Part shown: positions 1 to 10,702 of the stretch, in pieces
Layout: each line of letters starts with the position of its first letter
How positions within the stretch are numbered: the stretch's first letter is position 1
Source: Gemmatimonadota bacterium
GTDB taxonomy: Bacteria; Gemmatimonadota; Gemmatimonadetes; Gemmatimonadales; GWC2-71-9
Reading direction: 5' to 3'
DNA length: 64,000 bases
NCBI GenBank assembly: GCA_036679645.1
Contig: JAZDCY010000011.1
Location: forward strand, 64,001-128,000
Position numbers and translations under genes: made by a program
The notes under the pieces: model-generated
Told to the model about the DNA's origin: nothing
The model's input: only the letters and a program-made list of their open reading frames with translations
Database searches by the model: none

Positions 1-2
1 TT

Positions 3-248
3 GCCCCGCGCTACCCGCGGAGCAGACAGTGCGACGGCGCGTTGCAACCGTTCCCCTCGCAGATCCCAGTGCCAAGCATCTACCCGCACGCCCGTGCGGG
101 GGTCCCTGATCGGGCGATACTGTAACCAACCTCGTGGCATGTCGAGGGTCCGGCCGGCTTCGATCAACACGTCGCGATCCGCGGAGATCAGATGCGCCCA
201 CGCCGCGCCGCGCAGCACGAACCGATGCAACCAGAGCCCGCCACGGCA
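3..248 (-). pseudogene. Start-less or frameshifted ORF, DUF4031-like (GGLWLHRF...WAHLISADRD...WHWDLRG), running off the window edge
   Basis: Protein-like open frame continues directly after the polA stop with no in-frame start; the ATG overlapping the polA stop (TAATG) is out of frame. Confidence 0.4.
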
Positions 249-2984
249 TTAGCCTTTCGCGTCCATCCAGTTATCTCCCACTGCCACATCGGCCACGAGC
301 GGGACGCGCAACTCAGCGGCCCCCTCCATCTCCCGCCGCACGACCTCCGCAATGCTCGTCGTTTCCGCTTCCGGAACTTCGAGCACCAGCTCGTCGTGTA
401 CCTGAAGTAACAGGACCGCCTCGAACGCGTCGCGCGCGAGCGCCGTGTGCAGGCTGATCATCGCCACCTTGATCAGATCCGCTGCCGAGCCCTGCATTGG
501 CGAGTTCATTGCCGTCCGCTCCCCAAACGCCCGGACATTGCGGTTCTTCTCCTGAAGCTCGGGGATGTAACGCCGCCGCCCCAGTATCGTCTCTACGTAT
601 CCCGAAGTCCGGGCGTTGTCGATGGTGCGATCGAGAAACCGCCGGACGCCAGCGAAGCGCTCGAAGTAGGTCGCGATGAATGCCTTAGCTTCGTCCAGTG
701 TGATGCCCAGCTGGCGGCTCAGGGCGAAGGGACCTTGTCCGTAGATCGTTGCGAAGTTGATCGTCTTGGCACGCCCCCGCATGTCCGATGTTACATCGTC
801 AGGCGTGACACCAAAAATGATCGCCGCTGTCTCGCGGTGAATGTCGCCGCCTCGCTCGAATGCATCGATGAACGCCTCGTCTTCCGACAGGTGGGCGAGA
901 ACACGGAGTTCGATCTGTGAGTAGTCCGCCACTACGAGTTTGTATCCCTCCCGCGCTATGAAACAGCGTCGGATCTCCTCACCCCTTTTCGTGCGCACGG
1001 GGATGTTCTGAAGGTTCGGGTCCTGCGAGGAGAGACGCCCGGTTGCGGCACCCGTCTGGTTGAACGTCGTGTGGATTCGACCGGTCGTTGCGTCGACGTA
1101 TCCCGGCAGCGCGTCCACATAGGTGGATCGGAGCTTCGTGAGCTCGCGGTACTCGAGCAGGAGCCGCGGCGCGCTGAACCCCATATCGGTGAGCTGCATG
1201 AGGACGTCCGCGTCGGTCGATGGGCCCGTCTTGGTCTTCTTAATGATGGGAAGCTGGAGCTTCTCGAACAGGACGTGTCGCAGCTGCGGCGTGGAGTTGA
1301 TGTTGAAGTCCGTCCCCGCGGCCTCGTGGATCTTCTGCTCCAACGTCTTGAGTTCAGCGCCGAAAGCGCGCGACAGCTCCTGCAGGCGAGCGACGTCCAC
1401 GCGCACGCCCTGCCACTCCATGTCGACGAGCACGCCCGTGAGTGGCATCTCGACATCGTCAAACAGCGCGCGCAGCCCCATCCTATCGAGGTCAGGGGCA
1501 ACCGACTCCCGCAACCGGCCAATTGCGTGCACGCGGGCACTCGCGAACGCCGCCGCCGCCGCCGGCTCGATTTCCGCAAAGGGGCGCGCCGATCTCCCCT
1601 TGCCGAGTAGATCGGCCAGTTGCGGAAGCCGGATCCCGAGTCTCTCCAGTGCCACGACAGCGAGCGCCGTCGCGCGTCGCCCTGGTTCGAGCAGAAACGT
1701 GGCGACCATCGTGTCGAAACCCGGGCCGGCCATGTCGACGCCCGCGCCACGCAGCAACAGCCAGTCGCGCTTGAGATCGTGCCCTACCATCGTCACCGCA
1801 GTGTCGCTGAGGAGTGCGGCGATGGGTGCAAGATCCGGCTGATCAAGTGGTGGTAGGTTGGTGGGTTCCGTTGCGCCCAGTTCGGCCGGAGCGCGATGGC
1901 CGAAGGGGAGATACCAAACCCGACTCCGGGCACCAATTGCCAGCCCGGCAAGTCGCGCGCGTTGTCCCGCACGATCGGCGGGGAAGGCAGCCACCGTGGC
2001 GCACCCCGCGTCCCGCACAGCTGCGACGATCTCACCGATGTCGCCTACGTGGGCCACCAGACAGTGGGATGCAGCCCGCGTCTCTGCCGCCGCCAGGCGC
2101 GGGATGAGCGTGTGAAACTCGAGTTCCGCGAAGAGCGCGGCGAGCGCCTCCCGATCCGGCTCCTGCACCCGCAGCGCATCGAGCGTCACGGCAACCGGTA
2201 CATCGCGGCGAATCGTCACCAGATCGCGTGACAGGCGTGCCTTGTCCGCTTCCGCCACCAGCGCCTCGCGCACGCGCTTCGCCTTGACCTCTGATGCGCG
2301 CGCCAGGATCTCATCCAGCGCACCGAACTCCTCGATGAGTTTGCGGGCGGTCTTGTCACCCACACCCCTAACCCCGGGGACGTTGTCGGACGAGTCCCCG
2401 ACGAGCGCGAGATAATCCACTACACGTTCCGGCGGCACGCCCAGACGGTCGGCAGCGTTCGACCGATCCACCCAGTGCGCCTCGACCGCGGCTGGGCCCC
2501 CGCGCCCGGGATTCAGCAAGCCCACCCGATCGGAGATGAGTTGGTAGAAATCCTTGTCTCCCGAGACGATCACCGCATCGAGCCCCGCGTCCTCCGCGTG
2601 TGTCGCCAACGTGCCGATTACGTCATCCGCCTCATACCCGTCGATAGCAACGAGCGGTACGCGGAACGCTTCGAGCAACTCCTCGACCCGCTCGACCGAT
2701 CGGTCGAACACTTCCTGCACGTCCGGATCGAGCTTCTCCCGCGTCGCCTTGTAGTCGGGGAAGACCTCATGGCGGAAGGAAGTACCGGCATCGTGTATCC
2801 ACGCGAGATACGCCGGTTGATACTCCGTGGAGAGTCGTAAGAGAAAGTTCGCGACCCCCCAGGTCGCCGACGTGTTCTCTCCCTTGGACGTCGTCAGTGG
2901 GCGCGCGATCATCGCAAAGAACGCCCTATAGATCAGCGCGTATCCGTCGACGAGAAAGATCCGCGGGGGATCGGCGCCAGACAT
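249..2984 (-). CDS. polA: DNA polymerase I
   Basis: 911 aa; 5'-3' exonuclease LVDGYALIYRAFFA and EADDVIGTLA; polymerase motifs ADYSQIELRVLAH, AKTINFATIYG, LQVHDELV. Confidence 0.99.
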   Translation of the reverse strand: MSGADPPRIFLVDGYALIYRAFFAMIARPLTTSKGENTSATWGVANFLLRLSTEYQPAYLAWIHDAGTSFRHEVFPDYKATREKLDPDVQEVFDRSVERVEELLEAFRVPLVAIDGYEADDVIGTLATHAEDAGLDAVIVSGDKDFYQLISDRVGLLNPGRGGPAAVEAHWVDRSNAADRLGVPPERVVDYLALVGDSSDNVPGVRGVGDKTARKLIEEFGALDEILARASEVKAKRVREALVAEADKARLSRDLVTIRRDVPVAVTLDALRVQEPDREALAALFAELEFHTLIPRLAAAETRAASHCLVAHVGDIGEIVAAVRDAGCATVAAFPADRAGQRARLAGLAIGARSRVWYLPFGHRAPAELGATEPTNLPPLDQPDLAPIAALLSDTAVTMVGHDLKRDWLLLRGAGVDMAGPGFDTMVATFLLEPGRRATALAVVALERLGIRLPQLADLLGKGRSARPFAEIEPAAAAAFASARVHAIGRLRESVAPDLDRMGLRALFDDVEMPLTGVLVDMEWQGVRVDVARLQELSRAFGAELKTLEQKIHEAAGTDFNINSTPQLRHVLFEKLQLPIIKKTKTGPSTDADVLMQLTDMGFSAPRLLLEYRELTKLRSTYVDALPGYVDATTGRIHTTFNQTGAATGRLSSQDPNLQNIPVRTKRGEEIRRCFIAREGYKLVVADYSQIELRVLAHLSEDEAFIDAFERGGDIHRETAAIIFGVTPDDVTSDMRGRAKTINFATIYGQGPFALSRQLGITLDEAKAFIATYFERFAGVRRFLDRTIDNARTSGYVETILGRRRYIPELQEKNRNVRAFGERTAMNSPMQGSAADLIKVAMISLHTALARDAFEAVLLLQVHDELVLEVPEAETTSIAEVVRREMEGAAELRVPLVADVAVGDNWMDAKG

Positions 2985-3006
2985 GACCGGAAGCTAACGG
3001 CAAATG

Positions 3007-3032
3007 AAACGCCCCGCCGATTGGCGGGGCGT
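3007..3032 (-). terminator. Intrinsic terminator downstream of the cold-shock gene
   Basis: Stem ACGCCCCGCC-GATT-GGCGGGGCGT followed on the minus strand by TTTCATTTG. Confidence 0.75.
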
Positions 3033-3058
3033 GTGACCCATGAGTGCCCGTCGGGACG

Positions 3059-3256
3059 TCACGGGCGTTGCACGTTTTTTGCGTGGAGGCCGCGATCGCG
3101 CGTCTCGATTTCGAACTCGACCTGCTCGCCTTCCGCTAGCGTCTTGAACCCTTCCATCTGTATGGCGGAGAAATGGACGAACACGTCGTCCCCGGTGTCT
3201 TGTTCAATGAACCCGTACCCCTTGGAGTCGTTGAACCACTTCACCTTGCCGAGCAT
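3059..3256 (-). CDS. csp: Cold-shock protein (CspA family)
   Basis: [15 protein letters not shown] and [12 protein letters not shown] motifs; GGAGG RBS. Confidence 0.97.
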   Translation of the reverse strand: MLGKVKWFNDSKGYGFIEQDTGDDVFVHFSAIQMEGFKTLAEGEQVEFEIETRDRGLHAKNVQRP

Positions 3257-3311
3257 CTGCTGAAGCCTCCTCTACTGGACACGCAATACTGTCCCGCGCG
3301 TCAAAACGCTG

Positions 3312-3872
3312 TCAAGCCAGTACCCATGTGGCGATCGCCACGCCCGGGGCCACGATCACATTATCGTCGAACGGTCCCGACCATCGCTCGAGCGCCGCCG
3401 CCGCCATGGCAGCGGCCGGCACGACGCGCCACGGAAGGTCACATCGCCCCAGAGTTACGACGAGGACCGTAACGCTCGCGGCCGCGAAGAGGGCGGCGAG
3501 GCTCCCTGGCCAGCTCTTGCGGGCCCCCTTTCGCCAGCGCGATCCTGCGAGCGACGCGGCCGGATCCGCGACTGAGGCACAGAGAATCGCGACGACTGGG
3601 GCGGGCATCGGCACCCACACCGCCGCGCCATAGCCGAGCGCAAGCCAGAACGCCCCGGTGGGGCGATTTCGTTCGGCGGGGCGAAAGACCGGAACGGCCG
3701 CGGCGAGCCGTCCCGCCATCGCCGGCGCGCGTAAGCGGATCATCTCGCTCACCGACGCCGCGATCACCACTCCGGTGACCAGCAGGCGAAAGGTCTGAAC
3801 CGGAAGGAGCGCACCCAGGAGCACACCGGCAGAGGCGACATGAAGGACGCGCCGAAGCGCGGGCCCGCTCAC
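3312..3872 (-). CDS. Dolichol/phytol kinase-like membrane protein
   Basis: RRVLH, ADPAASLAG, KSWPGS and DDN motifs; multiple TM segments. Confidence 0.7.
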   Translation of the reverse strand: MSGPALRRVLHVASAGVLLGALLPVQTFRLLVTGVVIAASVSEMIRLRAPAMAGRLAAAVPVFRPAERNRPTGAFWLALGYGAAVWVPMPAPVVAILCASVADPAASLAGSRWRKGARKSWPGSLAALFAAASVTVLVVTLGRCDLPWRVVPAAAMAAAALERWSGPFDDNVIVAPGVAIATWVLA

Positions 3873-6016
3873 TCCGATGGGCCGTACAGCGCGCGGTAGA
3901 GCGCGTGATTTCGCACGACCGTGCGGACGTACCCGCGCGTCTCAACGAAGGGGATGCCCTCGACAAAGAACGCCGGGTCAGACGCTCCCGGATAGCGCAG
4001 CCACCGTCGCGCGCGTGAGCCACCTGCGTTGTACGCTGCGAGTGCTGCGACGATGTTGCCATCGAACTGGCGGAGGAGTCCCGCGAAATGGGCGGCGCCA
4101 ATGTGGACGTTAGCGTCGGCGACGCCGAACATTGTCTCGTTCCACGGGACACGGAGCCGCCGCGCCACGCCGCGTGCCGTGGCAGGCATGAGTTGCATGA
4201 AACCGCGCGCTCCTGCGCGAGAGGTAGCGGTCGCCTGGAAACTCGACTCCTGGCGAATCAATCCGGCGAGCAGATATGGATCGATGTCGAATTTCCTCGC
4301 CTCGCGCTCGATCATCGTCCGGTTGGGCCATGGGAAGATGACCCGGATCACGCGCGCGTCGTTCAACGAGAGTTCACGCGTGGCCCGCCAGCCGAGCCGG
4401 ACGCCAAGGGGGCCGCGACCGCGGGCAATCAGTCCCTCGGCCAAATCGAGCATCTCGTTGACGTCGGCCCACTCGCGCTGCATGAGGGCGTCTATCTCGA
4501 GCACGGTCTCGTCCACGAGCCCCATTGCGACTAGCAGGTCGAGCACCCGCAACGATTGCTGTACGGCCGGTGTCGGCGTCCGCGATGGCGGCGCTGCGAA
4601 GACCGGCGCCGCCAATCCCACCGCCGCGCGGGCGATGGTGCCGTAGTAGCCCACCGAGTCGTCCCGGGCGAGCGCTTCAAAGGCGGCACGCGCGACATCG
4701 ATCTCACCGCGGCGAAGCCGGGTACGCGCGAGGAGATACCGCGCGAGCCGTGCATTCTCTCCCCCCGCATCGACCTCGCTCGCGTACAGTGTCACGGCGG
4801 CCGCAGTGTCCGCCCGACGAAGGAAGCGACGCGCGAGGCGGAAACGCGCGCGCGAGGCGTACGCATGCGCGGGCCAATGTGCGATCACTGCCCTATAAAG
4901 GCTGTCGCTCCCCCGAACCTCGGCAGCAAGGTAAAGCGCCAGCGGTGCCCACCTGTGCGTACCATGCTCCAAGGCGAAACTGACGAACCCGCGCGCCGCC
5001 TCCGATCGACGGCCAAGCCGGAGTTGCGCACGTGCACGCAGATAGGCGCCGTCAACCCCGCCGCGGGCGTAGACAGCAACCGCCGCGCGCCGCGCGCCGT
5101 TCCGTTCGAGCCATTCGCCCAAGGTGACGGCGGTTTCCACGGACGAATCCCCAGCCAAAACTGCGCGGCGCCCGTAGCGCACCGCCCGCCCGATCTCACG
5201 CACGCCTGCCCACGCGCGCGCCGCATCCATGAACTCGCTCGCATCGGACGGCGGCAGCACGGTCTCGACGAGATCGAGCGCGGCACGAAGCGTCGCCCCG
5301 TCGCGCTCGCGTAGACCCCTGTACGCGAGGGTCCGCGCATCGGCACTGTCACCTGTCGCCAGGGCCAGTGCCGCGGCGCGTACATACGCACCCGCAACGG
5401 TGTAGCCATTGATCGCCGCGGCGGTGTCCCCCACACCAAGCCAGACGCCTGCGCGGATCGATTGAGCGATCCCATTCCCCGCCGCCGGTACCGACGTGAG
5501 CAGACTCTCTGCCGTGGCAGGCGTTGCGGCAACGGCGGCCGCTCGCAGGCGCAGCCAGCCGGCGGCGGCGGGAAGAAGATCAGCGGCTCTGGTGTAGGCG
5601 CCAAAGGCGCGGTCAGCGCGACCCAAACGGCCAAAGGCCCGGCCCGCCCGCGCCGCGAGCAGACCCGCCGTGGTGCCGGTCGCGCCAAGAGCCGCCCGTG
5701 CGTAAAGGTCTGCCGCGGCTGAGTCATTACCGGTCGCCTCGCTCGCCGCCCCACGCAGCGCGCGAAGTTGCACGACCAGTGCCGGGTCGGACGGGCGCAC
5801 CTGCTCCAGTAACCGCAGCGCCTGCACCGGCCTGCCGATCCGAAGCTCAGCGGCCGCCGCACGAAGGATGTCCTCAACCGACGGGCTCGCTACCGTATCG
5901 GCCGCCCACGTAACGACGTCGTGCCACGACGGATCATCATCCCACGGCCAGATACCATCCGACTGCCCCATCGCCGTCGCTAGGGGGCAAAGCAGCATCA
6001 GCGCCCCACGCATCAC
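3869..6016 (-). CDS. slt: Soluble lytic transglycosylase (Slt70-like, TPR + SLT)
   Basis: C-terminal IRQESSF, GFMQLMP, AYNAG and ETRGYV motifs; signal peptide. Confidence 0.92.
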   Translation of the reverse strand: MMRGALMLLCPLATAMGQSDGIWPWDDDPSWHDVVTWAADTVASPSVEDILRAAAAELRIGRPVQALRLLEQVRPSDPALVVQLRALRGAASEATGNDSAAADLYARAALGATGTTAGLLAARAGRAFGRLGRADRAFGAYTRAADLLPAAAGWLRLRAAAVAATPATAESLLTSVPAAGNGIAQSIRAGVWLGVGDTAAAINGYTVAGAYVRAAALALATGDSADARTLAYRGLRERDGATLRAALDLVETVLPPSDASEFMDAARAWAGVREIGRAVRYGRRAVLAGDSSVETAVTLGEWLERNGARRAAVAVYARGGVDGAYLRARAQLRLGRRSEAARGFVSFALEHGTHRWAPLALYLAAEVRGSDSLYRAVIAHWPAHAYASRARFRLARRFLRRADTAAAVTLYASEVDAGGENARLARYLLARTRLRRGEIDVARAAFEALARDDSVGYYGTIARAAVGLAAPVFAAPPSRTPTPAVQQSLRVLDLLVAMGLVDETVLEIDALMQREWADVNEMLDLAEGLIARGRGPLGVRLGWRATRELSLNDARVIRVIFPWPNRTMIEREARKFDIDPYLLAGLIRQESSFQATATSRAGARGFMQLMPATARGVARRLRVPWNETMFGVADANVHIGAAHFAGLLRQFDGNIVAALAAYNAGGSRARRWLRYPGASDPAFFVEGIPFVETRGYVRTVVRNHALYRALYGPSE

Positions 6017-6020
6017 GGTG

Positions 6021-7388
6021 TCAGTTGGCCTCTCGTCGAATGCGGCTCAGAACGCGGTCGAATTCCGATCGAGAAATTGGCGTCAGCCGGAACCGGCCAA
6101 AACCCGTATCGTCGCCGAAATCCAACACCACCCGCTCGGTGACAAAGGTCCACCGGATGATGCGCCTTTCTCCCCGCAGATCGGTGCTCTGATCGAACAC
6201 CTCGTCCGGCTCTCCCAAGGCGATGTAGACCTCTCCCCGATCCGTCAGCCAGCCGGGACCTCCCGTCTCCTGAAAACGCAGGTTCGCGACCTGCACGCGG
6301 CGGAAGTACTGCTCGAGGGCTTCGTTTTCCGGCGTGATTGGGTTGGGATCGGTTTCCTCCCAGAACCGCCGCCACCGCGAGGGGCGTTCGGATGGGTCCG
6401 CGAGACGCATGCTGTCGACAGTCTCTTCGTGCCCGAAATATCGTAGCAGAGACAACACGTCGAGGAAGTTCGTGATGGCCCATTGGTCGGAGAAACTCAC
6501 AAGGGCGATGGCGCGCGCGGTGTCGTCTACACTCTCCGCCGTGGCGATGACATTGAGTTCGCCCACGGGCAGACGGTCCGGCGCGACCCGCACTGTCCCT
6601 GTGGCGAGATCCCTGGTGCCTAGCAAGGGGGCGCGCTCCGTCCAGATCGTGTCGCCGGCCATCGATATGCCGCGCACGACGACTTCGGTTCCGGGTGTCA
6701 GCCCGTACGCCTCGAAGTAGAACACCAGTGTGTCGAGTCCGTATGGGGTAGTGGCGCGCGGATTCATGAGTAGGGAAGGAAGCGCGTTTGCGGATGTGCG
6801 CCCGGCCCCCTCGTACGTGGCGATCAGGTCCGACAGATGCCGCTCGCGGAACGACGGGATCTCGACCGATTGCTCATCGCGGCTGAAGGCTCCCCCATAC
6901 TCGTCGCGCACGATGACGGCCAGTTCGTACCCGCCGGCCGGCACTGGGACGAACTCCTGGAAGACCACACTCTCATCCAATCTGAGCGTTTCCTGAAATG
7001 AGCCGACGCGCACAGTCTCGTCCGCAGTCACCCGCTTTACGACCCGATCGTCTTGGCGAAAGACCAACTCGACCAGATAAGTGGCCTCAAACCCCGAGTT
7101 GCTCCTCCTGAACGACAGCGAGTTGTTCGCAAGAGACAGGCCGAAGACCGCCAGCGTCGTGTCGGGATGTGGGCCTGCGAGGTAGCGCACGCCGGCGACA
7201 AAGGGTACCGGTGCGCCCTTGGCAAAGAACCCCATAGCCGCGTACATGCGGGTCGGGTCGAACAGACGTGGCACGATTACGGAGGGGTCGGGTCCCGCGT
7301 CGCGCTGTTGCAGTTGGCCGCACGCCGCAAGACCGGCCGCGAGAACGAGAAACCCGAGCCGGCCTCGGGATCCGAGGCACGGTATCAT
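6021..7388 (-). CDS. GWxTD domain lipoprotein
   Basis: GWLTDRGEVYIALGEPD and FWEETDPNP motifs; lipobox LAAC; start moved to ATG 7388 to avoid overlap with the divergent kinase. Confidence 0.85.
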   Translation of the reverse strand: MIPCLGSRGRLGFLVLAAGLAACGQLQQRDAGPDPSVIVPRLFDPTRMYAAMGFFAKGAPVPFVAGVRYLAGPHPDTTLAVFGLSLANNSLSFRRSNSGFEATYLVELVFRQDDRVVKRVTADETVRVGSFQETLRLDESVVFQEFVPVPAGGYELAVIVRDEYGGAFSRDEQSVEIPSFRERHLSDLIATYEGAGRTSANALPSLLMNPRATTPYGLDTLVFYFEAYGLTPGTEVVVRGISMAGDTIWTERAPLLGTRDLATGTVRVAPDRLPVGELNVIATAESVDDTARAIALVSFSDQWAITNFLDVLSLLRYFGHEETVDSMRLADPSERPSRWRRFWEETDPNPITPENEALEQYFRRVQVANLRFQETGGPGWLTDRGEVYIALGEPDEVFDQSTDLRGERRIIRWTFVTERVVLDFGDDTGFGRFRLTPISRSEFDRVLSRIRREAN

Positions 7389-7448
7389 GGCGCAACCTAC
7401 CCGTCCGACTTGCCGATGTTCAAGTACGGCACTTAGTTTGCCGCGCAT

Positions 7449-8396
7449 ATGCCTGCAGAGAACCTCGCCGGTCGGATGATCGCGTCCTACCGCCTGCTCG
7501 AGCGGATCGGGGAGGGGGGAACGGCGACCGTCTATCGGGCCGAACATGGCGAACGGGGCACCTGTGCCATGAAGGTGCTGCGCGAGCGGTCCCGCAAGGA
7601 CCCGATTGCGGTCAAGCGCTTCCTACGGGAGGCGGGCTTCGGGTCACGCGTGGTCCACGACAACATCGTCCGGACGTACGGTTTCGGCGAAGAGGAGGGT
7701 CTCCACTACCTGGCCCTCGAATGGGCCGAGGGGGAACCCCTCACCGACGTGGCGCGCAAGGATGGACCTCTGGACGCACTGACGACTGGGAAGATCATCG
7801 AACAGCTGGCCAACGGGCTGGCGGCCGCCCACGCCGCGGGAATCATCCACCGCGATCTAAAGCCCGAAAACATCGTCTATGACCAGAAGACGGGTACGGT
7901 CAAGCTGCTCGATTTCGGGATTGCGCGCGACGCCGCTGACGATCCGGCCCAACGACTTACCCGAACCGGGTTCTTCGTCGGGAGTCTCAACTACGTTGCT
8001 CCGGAGGCGCTGTCCGGCGAACTGGTAGGCGAGGCTGCGGACATCTACAGCCTCGCGACGATCGCCTATTTCCTGTTGAGCGGCGAGCACCCGCACAATG
8101 GGCGGTCGCCCCGCGAGGTGTTCCAGCAACTGCTAACCCAGGACGCGCGGCCACTGCGCGATACGCTCCGCGGGAAACGGGTCTCCCCTCCGGTTGCGGC
8201 GGCCATTATGAAGAGCCTGGCCCGCGATCCCGGCAAGCGGCACCCGGATGTCCAAGCCTTTGCTCGAGATCTGGTGCGGGCCGCTGGGGAGGACGGGGGG
8301 GGCGGGGGCGGTGGTGAGTCAGCGGCTAGCTCGACCGGCGGTAAGGGCGGGTTCCTTGGCTCAATCAAATCGGTATTTGGGAAGAAGAAAAAGTAA
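7449..8396 (+). CDS. Stand-alone Hanks-type Ser/Thr protein kinase
   Basis: GEGGTATVY, HRDLKPEN, DFG and APE motifs. Confidence 0.93.
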   Translation: MPAENLAGRMIASYRLLERIGEGGTATVYRAEHGERGTCAMKVLRERSRKDPIAVKRFLREAGFGSRVVHDNIVRTYGFGEEEGLHYLALEWAEGEPLTDVARKDGPLDALTTGKIIEQLANGLAAAHAAGIIHRDLKPENIVYDQKTGTVKLLDFGIARDAADDPAQRLTRTGFFVGSLNYVAPEALSGELVGEAADIYSLATIAYFLLSGEHPHNGRSPREVFQQLLTQDARPLRDTLRGKRVSPPVAAAIMKSLARDPGKRHPDVQAFARDLVRAAGEDGGGGGGGESAASSTGGKGGFLGSIKSVFGKKKK

Positions 8397-8452
8397 GATA
8401 GTAGTCTCTACTACTATTAAACACTTCGCTCGCTTCATCCCCACCAGTCCGC

Positions 8453-9313
8453 TCATCCGCCATGTCCGAGGTATCTCATCCCACGCTTGTTCAGTGGATG
8501 GAAGGTGCGGAAGGCGGACCGGTAAGGGATGATTAGTCGGCCGAGGTAGTACCGGAGCGTGGCATCGAAGCCGTAACGGCTGCGGAACTCTCCCGCTGTC
8601 ATGCCGAGCATTGCTCGCAGGTGCCGCCCGAAGCTCTGCGGCGAGGAGTATTCGAGCCGGTAGGCGACATCTGCGATGGAGAGTCCTCGCTCCTCGAGGA
8701 GCGCGGCGGCGTAGACGATGCGCGTCGATGAGAGGTATCTCTTGGGCGATGGCAGCCCTGCTCGAAAGAAGCGCGACATGAACGTGCTGGGCGTTACGCC
8801 AAACCGCTGCACAAGCCGCCGCACGGTCGACACGCCACACGCAAGCCGGATGAGCGCCCGAAAGAACAGACCACAATCTTCTGGGTGCGGACCCATGGCC
8901 GGGATCACAGCCGCGAGGATGCGCGCCGCGGTCGGCGAGCCCCCGTCCGACACGAGCGCACGAAGCCGACGCCAGCCCTCCGGATCGGAGAGATCCACGA
9001 TGCGCCTCACCCCAGACGCGCCGAGCGCCAACAGACACTCGCTCGACCGGGCGTCATGACGGCAGAGAACCGCTACGGTGGGCACTCCCGGGAATCGCTC
9101 GATCAGCGACGAGACGCCTTGGAGTTGATCACTCCGCAGGTATGCCGGTGAGAGGAGGACGGCGCGCACGGGCCGTTCTCGTACGGCTCTGATTGCCTGT
9201 GGAAGGGTCTCGGTATGTATGGCGGTGAAAGCTCCCTCGGCGGCAACGTCGAGGCGACGCCGCTCGCGCGGCTCCACAATCGTGGCGATGGTTGGGGTTT
9301 GAGATTTGTGCAT
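8453..9313 (-). CDS. AraC-family HTH regulator with degenerate receiver-like N-terminus
   Basis: SIADVAYRLEYSSPQSFGRHLR AraC HTH. Confidence 0.85.
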   Translation of the reverse strand: MHKSQTPTIATIVEPRERRRLDVAAEGAFTAIHTETLPQAIRAVRERPVRAVLLSPAYLRSDQLQGVSSLIERFPGVPTVAVLCRHDARSSECLLALGASGVRRIVDLSDPEGWRRLRALVSDGGSPTAARILAAVIPAMGPHPEDCGLFFRALIRLACGVSTVRRLVQRFGVTPSTFMSRFFRAGLPSPKRYLSSTRIVYAAALLEERGLSIADVAYRLEYSSPQSFGRHLRAMLGMTAGEFRSRYGFDATLRYYLGRLIIPYRSAFRTFHPLNKRGMRYLGHGG

Positions 9314-9434
9314 GGGTCACGTCCGCAAAACGACAACGCGAGTCTACCACCCGTGCTTCAACCCCCGATCAACCCCGGCGCGCGCGGGCTCAACCTATGC
9401 CGTTGGCACCAGACCTTACTATCTTCAGGGCGTT

Positions 9435-9824
9435 GGAGGTGGGCGGTGGGGCGAGACGGTCGCGGCTCGTCATTTGGCGAGTCGAGGAAAGTCCGAGCTC
9501 CTCAGGGCAGGCTGCCAGGTAACACCTGGGCGTCGCGAGGCGACGGAAAGGGCCACAGAAAACAAACCGCCCGCGGAAACGTGGGTAAGGGTGAAAAGGT
9601 GGGGTAAGAGCCCACCGCACGCCTGGCAACAGCGCGTGGCACGGTAACCCCCAGCCGGAGCAAGGCCAAATAGGCGGTGAGGTTCGGCCCGAACCACTTG
9701 AGCCGCGGGTAGGCCGCACGAGGTGGCGAGCGATCGTCATCCCAGAGAGATGACCGTCCCCCTAGGGGCCTTTGGCGTCTAGTGCAGGAACAGAACTCGG
9801 CTTACGGCTCCGCCGCTCGTCTCC
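9435..9824 (+). ncRNA. rnpB: RNase P RNA, bacterial class A
   Basis: GAGGAAAGTCCGAGCT, GCCACAGAAA, GGTAAGAGC and AGAACTCGGCTTAC conserved blocks; 5' GGAGGTGGGCGGTGGGGC pairs with 3' GCTCCGCCGCTCGTCTCC. Confidence 0.96.
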
Positions 9825-9859
9825 GACACCCCACCGGCGGCCCGCCCGAAAGGACATCC

Positions 9860-10702
9860 ATGCGCCGCACCGCTTCGCTCGTGCTGATTTCTGCCACGAT
9901 CCTGTTCGTGCTGCCGCATCACCAACTCGCCGCCCAGTTCCGCGCGCCGCGTTCGGCCGACTACCTCTTCGTGGCCCTGGACAACGACGCACGCATGCTC
10001 TGGGTCAACCCCGCCGCGCTGGGCATGGAGTTCCAGGCCTCCATCATGGGCGAAGCGCTTCTCGCACGTAACAGCAACGACGATTTTACGTTGGCACAAT
10101 ACACGATCGGATTCTCCTCGCGCGGTCTGGCCTTTGGGTACCGGCGAGACCGATTCGACGATTCGACGGGAGGGAACACATTCCGCCTTGGGTTCGGCAG
10201 ACGATACCCTCGCTACGCCGTCGGGGGCTCGTTGACCCTCTACAGCGACTCGGCGGATCAACGAGAAGGCGAGGTCGGTATCCGCTATTACTTGCTGCGG
10301 GCGCTCGACGTCGGCGCTGTGATTCAGCACATCGGTAAGCCGAGGGTTCGGGGAGTCCTGCTCCCGTTGACGGGGGTACTGGGCGTCAGCTGGAGCCCGC
10401 TTGGCGGTGCCGTGCAGTTAGTCGGGGAAGCGAAAGCCAGCGATCGCGAAACGGCTTCAGGATACGATCTTTCGTACCGCGCGGGCGTTCGAGTGGGCAT
10501 GTCCGGTACCCTCCCGTTCGGGATCGTCGCCGCGTTGGATCTCGATGAAGATTTTGCCGCGGGCCGCTTGGTGCTCGGTCTCCAGATAGGCCGGAAAGAC
10601 CGCGGCGTTTTGGTTGGTAATGGTGCGCGGCGGATGGGATCGACGTTCGTGGAGGATATCAGCCTGGTCGGTATTGCCAGTCGCCCGCTCAGGACCCGCT
10701 AG
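9860..10702 (+). CDS. Secreted putative outer-membrane beta-barrel protein
   Basis: Signal peptide, WVNPAALG motif, alternating beta-strand pattern; AGGA RBS. Confidence 0.65.
   Translation: MRRTASLVLISATILFVLPHHQLAAQFRAPRSADYLFVALDNDARMLWVNPAALGMEFQASIMGEALLARNSNDDFTLAQYTIGFSSRGLAFGYRRDRFDDSTGGNTFRLGFGRRYPRYAVGGSLTLYSDSADQREGEVGIRYYLLRALDVGAVIQHIGKPRVRGVLLPLTGVLGVSWSPLGGAVQLVGEAKASDRETASGYDLSYRAGVRVGMSGTLPFGIVAALDLDEDFAAGRLVLGLQIGRKDRGVLVGNGARRMGSTFVEDISLVGIASRPLRTR

Noticed and set aside
8294..8315. G-rich run in the stand-alone kinase as a contingency locus
   Set aside because: Interrupted run encoding an in-frame poly-Gly linker.
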